The notes: generated by a model not told the origin, from the sequence alone. 64,000 nucleotides of DNA from a virus (IMGVR_UViG_3300001528_000580:32001-96000), one strand, 5' to 3'; shown: positions 49,699 to 58,104, counted from the first letter of the stretch. Numbers and translations are program-made.

Positions 49699-50433
49699 AT
49701 GGAGATTAGCAATCTGACGATTGAACTTACTCGTAAATGCAACATGAAATGCAAACATTGCTTGCGTGGTACTCCTCAATGTGTTTCTTTGAGAAGAGAA
49801 GCATTGAAAAATATTTTCAAAAATGTTGAATATATTGGAGCATTACAATTTACAGGCGGTGAGCCGTTGCTTGCATTGTATCAAATGCGGCAAATTGTCG
49901 ATTACTTGAAATGGGCTAATATTGAAATTGGCTATTTTTGGATTAAAACCAATGGAACTATCTTTTCAAAAGCATTCTTGAAATATTTGCAGGAATTGCA
50001 GAATATTACAAATGAACCTGACATGTGTTGTATGGAATTTTCGCTTGATCAATATCATAATAGCAAATATAAAAATGTTATTTATGAATATCAAAATTAT
50101 GAATATGAATACACTTTCATTAAAGCAAGTGACAATTTGCATAGTAAATACAATAAAATTTATACTATTATTAAAGAAGGTAGAGCTAAACGGTTAAGGA
50201 AATACGAGGTTTACAATTTTGATAAACCGAGCTTTTATGATGGTTGGAATGCTGATGATTATGATACCGATAATATGATATATGTTTCAGCAAATGGTAA
50301 TGTAATGACAGATTGCAATTTGTCATTCAATAGCATTGACAAGTATTCTTTCGGAAATATTTACAAAGAAACACTTGAAAGTATTGTTGACAGGAACACC
50401 AAAGAAGAAATTAAAAAAATTTATGCAAAATGA
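49699..50433 (+). CDS. radical SAM protein
   Basis: TRKCNMKCKHC (CX3CX2C), FTGGEP, TNGT, SLD, twitch/SPASM-like C-terminus. Confidence 0.85.
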   Translation: MEISNLTIELTRKCNMKCKHCLRGTPQCVSLRREALKNIFKNVEYIGALQFTGGEPLLALYQMRQIVDYLKWANIEIGYFWIKTNGTIFSKAFLKYLQELQNITNEPDMCCMEFSLDQYHNSKYKNVIYEYQNYEYEYTFIKASDNLHSKYNKIYTIIKEGRAKRLRKYEVYNFDKPSFYDGWNADDYDTDNMIYVSANGNVMTDCNLSFNSIDKYSFGNIYKETLESIVDRNTKEEIKKIYAK

Positions 50434-50919
50434 CAAATAACAACTTGAAATTCTCGCTTTTTGTGTTATATTAACAATAACAACCAAAGGGAGGTTTGAG
50501 AATGGGAATGATTAAAGTCCGTGCATCAAAAATTAAATGGAATGTCGATGACAAATCAGAACTTGAATATTTGCCAACTGAATGTATTCTTGAAGTTGAA
50601 ATCGATGAACTGGATGAAGTCATCAGTGACAAATTAAGTGAAGAATATGGCTTCTGCCATGAGGGATTTGAATATGAGATTATAAAATAAACACAACACA
50701 AGAGAGTAACTATATAGTTACTCTCTTTTTTATTTTGTTGTTTGATAAAAACTATTATATTATTATCGATAATAATATAAATACTATTGTTATATATGTA
50801 TAACAAATAAAAAATATACTATTTTTTTTAGTTTTTACTTGAATTTTTCTAAATATGGTGTATAGTAAACACATAGCAAAAAATAACCTAAAACCACAAC
50901 TATAAGAAAAGGTGAAAAA

Positions 50920-51339
50920 ATGAATAATCAAGTATTGGAAGTCCTTTCTCTGATTGAAAACAAAAAATCGGATATTATTACATGTATTGATGAACTGAAA
51001 AGTTTTGAAATTATTAGCATTGAAACCTTACAAAAAGCACATGATAGAAGAAAATATTATAAAACATTAAAGTATTTTGGCGTTTTGAATTATTTGATGT
51101 ATCAAAAATTTTTTGACTTTTGGCACAAAAAATGTGACAAATGTAATATTGAACATAGTTTTAATAAACGTTATCAAATGATTCATGCTGTATTAAGTTT
51201 GTTAAAAAAAGAAAATAAAAAAATGACCTTTAAGGAATTGTCGGAAATTTGTGAATGTCAAATTATAGATATTAAAAATTTTCTTGACAGTCAATATAAT
51301 TGTGGAAAGTTTGAAAACAATATTATTGATGGAAAATAA
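50920..51339 (+). CDS. HTH protein, paralog of 29427-29981
   Basis: Shared YQMIHAVLxLLK...ELSxICxC...YNCxxFENxII. Confidence 0.65.
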   Translation: MNNQVLEVLSLIENKKSDIITCIDELKSFEIISIETLQKAHDRRKYYKTLKYFGVLNYLMYQKFFDFWHKKCDKCNIEHSFNKRYQMIHAVLSLLKKENKKMTFKELSEICECQIIDIKNFLDSQYNCGKFENNIIDGK

Positions 51340-51588
51340 GAATAGTAAAAATGCAAGGAATTTATCTTTGCATTTTTGTTTTAACATTTTATGATTATAA
51401 ATTAATATTATTATCGATAATAATATAATATGATATAATCACTTTCCAAAAATGATTGTGATACTAAACAAAAAAATATTGACTTTTTTCATTTTAACAC
51501 TTGAAAAATCATTGTTTGGATGTATATTTATATTAGAAAAGAGAAACAAGGGGTTTCTCTAAAACGACAAACCATAGTGGAGGTAATT

Positions 51589-52053
51589 ATGGAAAAGTCA
51601 CAAGTCAGAGTCGGTTGGAAGTATCGCAAAGTTTGTGGTGCTGTCGCATCGGAAATTTCAATCGTTGAAAAACTGGAAGACGGAACTTTTACCTGCTCTT
51701 ACAAGAGCGGAAAAACGTTCAAGGCAAGCCGTGAAACGATTTGCTCATGGGAACGCATCGTCAAGGCAAAGCCGGAACACAAGAAGCGCATCAATCAGCC
51801 TGTTTTGGTTGACGCTTGCAAAACGGCGTTGAACGCTGAAAAGCGTTGGTTGACACCTACGGAGCTTGTCAAGCAGTTGGTCGAAAAGGGGCTTTACAAA
51901 TTCACGGAGAAAGCCAAAACGCCCCATTGCACTGTCAGCAGTCGGTTGAATACTTATTTGCGTGAAGGCGGCAAAGGTATTCAGAAGTTCGGGCGTGGAC
52001 ATTTCGCCGCCGAAGGTGTTGAACCTCCGGTTGCAACTCCTGCCGAAGCATAA
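51589..52053 (+). CDS. SH3-like + HARE-HTH protein
   Basis: LVDACKTALNAEKRWLTPTELVKQLVEKGLY...AKTPHCTVSSRL...GRGHF; GGAGGT RBS before ATG 51589. Confidence 0.75.
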   Translation: MEKSQVRVGWKYRKVCGAVASEISIVEKLEDGTFTCSYKSGKTFKASRETICSWERIVKAKPEHKKRINQPVLVDACKTALNAEKRWLTPTELVKQLVEKGLYKFTEKAKTPHCTVSSRLNTYLREGGKGIQKFGRGHFAAEGVEPPVATPAEA

Positions 52054-52238
52054 GGAATAAAAGCAAGGGGAAAATTCCCCTTGCTTTTTTGTTTCCAACT
52101 TTTACCATCATAATCTTATATTATTATCGATAATAATATATTTTTGATCGATGGTCTTTTTTTGTCTACAGATCTCGTACTATAGATCTGCGGACATCTT
52201 TTTATATCATTATCGATAATAATATATTAATGTTTGAT

Positions 52239-52475
52239 GGTAGATAATAATAGTTATTAGATTGTGGTAAAGATAATAATAATTATCAGATTCAGGTAAA
52301 GATATTTCAGTTGAAATGATTATGGTAAAGATTAATCTATTGTTCAGATGAAGAAGGAGATGTTTGATTCATCTTGATGGAGATATTGATTAATTCATTG
52401 ATCAGATTATGATAAAGATTAAAATCTATTATAGATTATGATATAGATTAAAAAATAATCTTGATAAAGATTTAT
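52239..52475. repeat. degenerate ~29-bp tandem repeat (G[G/A]TAAAGAT core)
   Basis: Cores at 52239, 52266, 52295, 52324, 52411, 52440, 52463. Confidence 0.55.
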
Positions 52476-52479
52476 ATTG

Positions 52480-53506
52480 TTACCATAACAAAGATAAAAG
52501 AATTGACTTAATCAAACTTGGTTTATAAGTAAGATTATAAATATCATTTTCAAGTTTCCATCTTCTGATATTTTTATAACCAGTTTTTGCATATAATGGA
52601 ATATGAATTTTTGATTTATAATGTTCACTTACAAGATTCATAATATGGAATGCAGGACTAAATTCAAAATCTTCAACAGAAACTTTTCTGATTTTAAATT
52701 TTGAAAATCCAATGTTGAAAGTTTTATCAAGTGAAAAATTCTTTACTTCAACTTCTTCACTACAGATTTGATTATAACCACTTCTCAAATCAACCATTTC
52801 AATATTGCAAGTAACAAATGATTTGAGATCTTTGTCAACAACCAAATTAAATGTTGCGACATATTTTGCATTCAAGAACAAAGAATTATATTCAACAACA
52901 AAACTGTCAACAATTGAATCTTTAAAATATTCAAGATTAATTGTTTTTTCATCATCAATATTTACTTGTTCTTTATTTTCCAGAATTTCCTTCCAGAAAT
53001 TGTAACGAAAGATTGTCATATTATAAATGTGCTTCATAAATTTCTCCTATTTAAACAAGTTGATCTAATACTGCAAAAAGTACTAAATTATCTACTTTTG
53101 GAAATCTTTCTTTCAAAAGTTCGCAACAATCATAATAGGAAATTTCATGAGCTTGATATTGCGAATAAAATCTTTTACTTTTATCATAAATGCAAGAATA
53201 CAACATAATATTTCTTTCTTGAAGTTCAGTAATTACCATTTGGTAAAACATTTTCCTTGCAATATCATAGCAAAAATTATCTATTGTTTGTGTATTACAA
53301 TCCAATACTTTTGACATTTGATTTTTATATTCTTCTGAAATTTTTTCTTTTAACTCAAGAAGAACTGTAAATTCTTTTTCATGTTGTTCAAAACAATCAA
53401 AGGAATGAATTGCTACTGTACTTTTTTTAGAAAGAGTAGTTTCATATCTTGTATTAAAGATATCTGTATCATTATTCAAGACATCAGCAATGGTGTTGAA
53501 ACTCAT
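52480..53506 (-). CDS. two hypothetical proteins (53051-53506, 52480-53037)
   Basis: Minus-strand ORFs with AGGA/AGGAG RBS. Confidence 0.6.
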
Positions 53507-53943
53507 TTAAAACATTCCTTGTTCTTTAAGGTTGATATTATTATGTTCATGTTTTCCAATATAGCATATTTTTTTGAAATGTCAATATATCATTTTAAAA
53601 TCTATTAAGTTTTTTTGTTATTCATTTAAAGCGATTATAAGGCTCACATAGTTTGTGTGCATATATACACTGGTATTTTTAAATAACATGGCTGTATTTT
53701 CACGGAAATGCCTTTATTTCCTTTCCTATAATATAAAGAACGATTGTGTTTTATGTTTATGGATGACATGAAATAAATTTATCTGATAGTAGATGAATCA
53801 TTTTTAAATCTATAGCAAGAATGAATCGGATTCATTCTACAGGTCAAAATTTGAATTCGTTTCAATCTCAAGGGTCAAAATGAATCAGATTCATTTATAG
53901 AAAAAATAGGTGGAATGTATTTGATTTTTTCTATAAACATGTT

Positions 53944-54327
53944 ATGTTATATAAAAACTATAAGGATATAAGAAAAATGAAAGCTCCATATTATTCATGT
54001 GCATGTGGAAATTGTGATTTTTATAATTTTGCATTAAAAAAATGTATGAAACATGACTTTGATATTAATCCTTGTTATAATTGTTGTCCAGATTTTCAAA
54101 GACTCCGTGTTAAAGTAGGAGATAAAATCAAATTTGAATGGATGGGAGATATTGTAGAACAAACTGTTGTGAAAATTCATCCTTTTTTGGATTCAGAACG
54201 TTACGAAGTTGAATTTCCTGTCAAAAATGTAGCTCATCATAAAGTTTCTCCTGCTTCTATTATTATTGATCCTAATGATAACAGAAGATATACTAATGTC
54301 ACAGTTATTTGGACAGAAAAATCATAA
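53944..54327 (+). CDS. Cys-rich hypothetical protein
   Basis: CACGNCDFY...C...CYNCC. Confidence 0.5.
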   Translation: MLYKNYKDIRKMKAPYYSCACGNCDFYNFALKKCMKHDFDINPCYNCCPDFQRLRVKVGDKIKFEWMGDIVEQTVVKIHPFLDSERYEVEFPVKNVAHHKVSPASIIIDPNDNRRYTNVTVIWTEKS

Positions 54328-54531
54328 ATTTTTTTCAAAATTGAACTTGAAAAACCAAAATCATGTGTTATATTAAGTTTTGTTGACAGAGAAAAGCAGT
54401 TGTGAAAACAATACATATCAAAGTCAATAAAAAAAATGAAAAAAAGTTCTGAATTGAACTTGAAAAAAACAAAACTCGATGTATATTGAGTAATGTGACA
54501 GGGAAAACCTGATGCTGATTGAAAAAAATTA

Positions 54532-54778
54532 AACTTATGAGCGGTAGGCTTAGAAGTAGCCATCCGATAATGAGTGAAAGGAACCACCAATTAGTGCAAA
54601 ATGTCAAGAAATATCTAATGGTTCAATTATAAACGACTTAGAATCGATAAACTTGATTCAAGGTATATGTTGATGATGTGCATTTGGTAAAATGGGAATA
54701 AGCATGGTTAATGACCATCACCCAGATTAGATAATACTATGGGGTCGCTTTCTTTGGTGTAATAACACATCATAAGTT
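54532..54778 (+). ncRNA. ncRNA resembling the 23S rRNA uL11-binding domain (H43/H44) with a large insertion, copy 1
   Basis: GTAGGCTTAGAAGTAGCCATC (54544-54564) and GTGTAATAAC (54757-54766), closed by AACTTATGA/TCATAAGTT. Confidence 0.7.
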
Positions 54779-54800
54779 CTTTTTTATAAATGCTGTTTGA

Positions 54801-54819
54801 AATTTCTACTTATGTAGAT
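54801..54819 (+). CRISPR. solitary Cas12a-like repeat AATTTCTACTTATGTAGAT
   Basis: Identical to the 41163 copy. Confidence 0.75.
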
Positions 54820-54828
54820 AAAATTATT

Positions 54829-55127
54829 AGAATGTCAAAACTTTTAATTTGTGAAATTTTGTGAGTTGGACTATTATTGTTATAACTCAATAATGAAAAT
54901 AGTAACAAATGAACCGACAAGTTGAATATAACATGTCGATGAAAGTATCTTGCGAGTGTGGTTTGGTGACACCTTCTGCGAGTATTTCGTGGAGATAGAG
55001 GTTCGATTCCTACATGAAAAATCGAAAGTATTGTGATAGCAATTATAATTTGCTAATGTCTTCGGACGATCATTAAGTTGAGGCGCATAAATACTTAATG
55101 ATGATAATGTCACTATCACGGCATTCT
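54829..55127 (+). ncRNA. unclassified structured RNA
   Basis: Terminal stem AGAATGTC/GGCATTCT, T-loop GGTTCGATTCC, GTCTTCGGAC tetraloop hairpin; no credible ORF. Confidence 0.45.
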
Positions 55128-55143
55128 TTTTTTAGATTTAAAT

Positions 55144-55219
55144 GGACCGTTAGCTCAGTGGTTAGAGCAGGAAACTCATAATTTCTTGGTCGGGGGTTCA
55201 AGTCCCTCACGGTCCACCA
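55144..55219 (+). tRNA. trnI: tRNA with CAT anticodon, probably tRNA-Ile2 (lysidine, reads AUA)
   Basis: GGACCGT/ACGGTCC acceptor (paired 1-72, so not initiator), C4-G69/C5-G68 TilS-type determinants, encoded CCA; elongator Met not excluded. Confidence 0.85.
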
Positions 55220-55652
55220 TTTAAAATTCCCATCTACTCGATGTAAAGAGTCGGCAAAACATCTAACGCCGTTAAATTGATGTGTTTTCCTCAAGGCTAA
55301 CGAGGTTTTTTACCAACAGTTTTTAAAATTAAAACGGTTGGCTCTGATGAGATGGGTTATAAACCTAATTGGTGAGTAACCGAAACATAAAGGTACAGTC
55401 TTTACCTTTAGTGATGGTAAAACATAGACACAATTTTGACGTTAATCATGTTAGCGTTGCTCCATGCTATTAGCTAGTCATGAGTTATGGATGCTGTTGG
55501 TTAGTAGGAGCGCAATTAGCTCTGACGGGGTTCAACTCCCTGCAATCCAGTTTCTTCAAGTGGTTGCAAACTCTTGAAGATGCTCTTGAGCATTGAGCAA
55601 AAGCGAAAGCAACATAGATGACAGCTTGGAAAGACAAGCGATTATGATTTTT

Positions 55653-55711
55653 AGTCAGAGGGCATTGGTCAAGACCAATCGATTACGTGGTGTAGTGAAG
55701 CATATCTGACT
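55653..55711 (+). ncRNA. permuted tRNA-like core with vestigial acceptor stem
   Basis: 3' half TCAGA-GGGC-ATTGG-TCAAGA-CCAAT precedes 5' half TG-GTGT-AGTGAA-GCAT-A-TCTGA-CT. Confidence 0.45.
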
Positions 55712-55844
55712 TTTGTTTTCCAAATTTTTCTCTCTTTTTGGTTGGCTAGTAGATAAATATTTATCTACTAGCTTTTTTATTTTCAAACTATTGAATTTAT
55801 TGTATATTGTGTTATATTATATTAAATTCATACAAGGAAAAATA

Positions 55845-56393
55845 ATGCGTAGAAAAGAAATACATAAACCAGATCATCCAAATGCATATAAAAATGGTAA
55901 TATTTTAGAATATGTTTATATTGCATCAAAAAAATTAAATAGACCATTATTGAAAGGTGAGATTGTTCATCATATAGATGAAAATCCATTTAATAATGAT
56001 GAAGATAACCTAATGGTATTTGCTACAAAATCAGATCATAATAAATTTCATGCAAATGGACTTGATTTTAACATAGTTGAAAAATTAAGTAATGGTTCTT
56101 ATAAAATAAAAGATGATGTTATGCTAATAAGTAGCAAAGAATTTATTTGTGAATATTGTCATAAGAGATTTATTGCAGAAAAAATAAATCATAAGAAAAA
56201 TAAAATATATTGTTCAATTGAATGTTCAAATAAAGATAAAGAAAAGTTCGATATTCCAATTGAACAATTAAAAGAACTAGTTAAAACATATAATTTAACC
56301 AAAATAGGAAAAATGTTTGGTGTTTCTGACAATGCAATCAGGAAAAGATGTATTAAAAATAACATCGATTTTAAAAATAAGAAAAAATCATAA
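55845..56393 (+). CDS. HNH homing endonuclease with Zn finger and HTH
   Basis: HPNA..NG, VHHIDENPFNNDEDNL; IGKMFGVSDNAIRKRC. Confidence 0.85.
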   Translation: MRRKEIHKPDHPNAYKNGNILEYVYIASKKLNRPLLKGEIVHHIDENPFNNDEDNLMVFATKSDHNKFHANGLDFNIVEKLSNGSYKIKDDVMLISSKEFICEYCHKRFIAEKINHKKNKIYCSIECSNKDKEKFDIPIEQLKELVKTYNLTKIGKMFGVSDNAIRKRCIKNNIDFKNKKKS

Positions 56394-56491
56394 AAAAATT
56401 CAATTTTTTTATTTTGGGAGCTTGAAAAAAACAATATTTGGTGTATATTAAGTATTGTAACAGGGAAACCTGATGCTATTTGAAAAATTAT

Positions 56492-56569
56492 AGAGGTGCT
56501 TGGAAAAACTTTCAACGAGTAGACTTTTAATCTAAATACGTGCAAACAGGTTTTTTCGCTTATTCCTCT
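56492..56569 (+). ncRNA. scaffold RNA displaying a tRNA-Lys(UUU) anticodon stem-loop
   Basis: TAGA-CTTTTAA-TCTA inside the same AGAGGTG...TTCAACG / ACGT...ATTCCTCT frame as 58105-58244. Confidence 0.6.
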
Positions 56570-56657
56570 TTTTTTCAAATATTTTTAAAAATAATACTTG
56601 AAAAAATCAATATTAGGTGTATATTAAGTATTGTAATAGGGAGACATGATATTTGAA

Positions 56658-56725
56658 AATTTCTACTTATGTAGATAAACAAGGAAAACTTGAGGTTGAT
56701 TAAAAAAATTTCTACTTATGTAGAT
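56658..56725 (+). CRISPR. two Cas12a-like repeats separated by 30 nt (mini-array)
   Basis: AATTTCTACTTATGTAGAT at 56658-56676 and 56707-56725, just downstream of a promoter. Confidence 0.75.
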
Positions 56726-56987
56726 AAACATTAGAAACAAATGGTGAAAAGCCGTCAGGAATCTACCCATCACGCACCATGATTAGTGATGTGGTTTACT
56801 GAAAACGAGGTACGAAAGAACAGAGTCTTTTTGAGTATATCTCATAAGCTATAGCGTACAACGAGGCGATGCTAGTGAAATGCAATAAAAGTAGCGGTCA
56901 TGGTACAACCTGCATAGGATGTGGAGTAGACTGAAATATATCAGCTACGTATCAAGAAATTGATTAAACATGTAATTTCTAATGTTT
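56726..56987 (+). ncRNA. unclassified structured RNA
   Basis: 12-bp terminal stem AAACATTAGAAA/TTTCTAATGTTT, several GNRA-type hairpins, GC-richer than flanks. Confidence 0.5.
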
Positions 56988-57330
56988 TTTGCTCTTATGA
57001 GCTGATGGACTTGTACTCAATTGCAACTTAACATTATTCATAATGTTGATGTAAAAGGTCTGACGTACAGTACCTAAAATAAAGTAATGACCTGCCTAGA
57101 TTGAAGCACTAGAAACTTATGCTTCACAGCTTTATGTCGATATTGAGCTGTTTATCCGTAGGATAAAAAATAATCGGTAATCCAAGATGTAATTCTTAGC
57201 ATTGCAAGCATACTAAGTGAGGATTTAAAACATTAATAACTTGATGCTGATAGGTAAGCTATCACTTTTTCAAGATTTTTTTATATTTATCATATATGTG
57301 TAAAATATAAATAATGTTGATTGAAAATTT

Positions 57331-57622
57331 TGTCAAAAGTTGAAATGTTGGATTAGAGGCATCCATCATCTAAGGAGTAACCCACGACATTGAACATTGC
57401 AACTGTAATCACTGATACTTAAAAAGGAAACACTTACAATAAACCAGTGAGCCATAATTAACTGAATAATGACAAAAACTGTTAGGTTGGTATAAGTGAT
57501 AACTTTAAAAGAATGTGATATGCTTACATGTCCTAATTCAGTAGGAAGGTTCGATGGCTAACGAGGAGCATGAGATTACATGCTGAAAGGTTTTTGGCAT
57601 AAAAGCACATCAAGTTTTGACA
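57331..57622 (+). ncRNA. ncRNA resembling the 23S rRNA uL11-binding domain with a large insertion, copy 2
   Basis: GTTGGATTAGAGGCATCCATCATCTAAGGAGT (from 57347) and GCATAAAAGC (57597-57606), closed by TGTCAAAAgTTGA/TCAAgTTTTGACA. Confidence 0.65.
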
Positions 57623-58104
57623 TTTTTATTCATACAATATAATTGTATAGCTATCATGCTAGCTAACTCGTGATACATCAGTGGTTAAAAGGAGCTGTAT
57701 ATCACTGAAAGAGTTTGAACTTACAGCTTGAAAAACTTGATCATGATTGTGGTGCGATAGTTTTTCTTCTTGACCCACACATGGAGTTGGTTAGCTACCA
57801 ATACTCCATGATTTTTATGAAAAAAGTTCAGAAATGAGCTTGAAAATAAAAAAATCAATGCTATATTATAGTATTGAAAGAAAAAAATAGACGATAGCAT
57901 GGAGACGTTTTTCTTGAAATAAAGAAAAATTTAGACAATGCAACTAACTTGAAAATTTGATGGTTCAATCAAGTTACGGAGCTATTCTGAAAGAGATAGC
58001 AATTATTATCAGAAATCATTTAGCTTATGGATGTGAAAGCTATGAACTTATGTTCTAAAGTATGTCAAAGAGATATATAATCATTTTTGCTGATTGAAAA
58101 TTAT

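Larger units (their letters stand above)
27193..52225. repeat. dispersed 22-bp palindrome ATATTATTATCGATAATAATAT, 28 copies delimiting expression units
   Basis: Central hexamer at 27201, 28017, 28594, 29260, 30747, 32052, 32829, 33490, 34151, 34891 (ATCAAT), 35847 and 36811 (ATGGAT), 38174, 38913, 40471, 41752, 42507, 43319, 44076, 44892, 45654, 46750, 47761, 49548, 50765, 51413, 52126, 52212. Confidence 0.95.

Noticed and set aside
28075-52098. Many minus-strand ORFs in the track (e.g. 28075-28539, 29990-30652, 30878-31615, 46382-46687)
   Set aside because: Antisense shadows of + strand genes that have clear promoters, RBSs and terminators
27193-52225. Palindrome series as a CRISPR array
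   Set aside because: Intervals are mostly 0.6-1.8 kb and contain whole genes, not 25-45 nt spacers
54532-54778. True rRNA gene or host contamination
   Set aside because: Similarity is limited to H43/H44, split by an insertion and embedded in phage context
55344-55386. Hammerhead ribozyme (CTGATGAG...CGAAAC)
   Set aside because: Core words are present, but I could not build stems II and III with a correctly placed NUH cleavage triplet
55745-55772. Sixth Cas12a repeat (GTAGAT...ATCTAC)
   Set aside because: Arms are in the opposite order within a long hairpin followed by poly-T; this fits an intrinsic terminator
56808-56823. Sarcin-ricin loop mimic (GGTACGAAAGAAC)
   Set aside because: Only a partial match to AGUACGAGAGGA; short GNRA hairpins arise easily
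40863-57003. 15-nt inverted match AGCTCATAAGAGCAA / TTGCTCTTATGAGCT 16 kb apart
   Set aside because: Each copy is itself a small hairpin, so information content is low; no sign of an invertible segment
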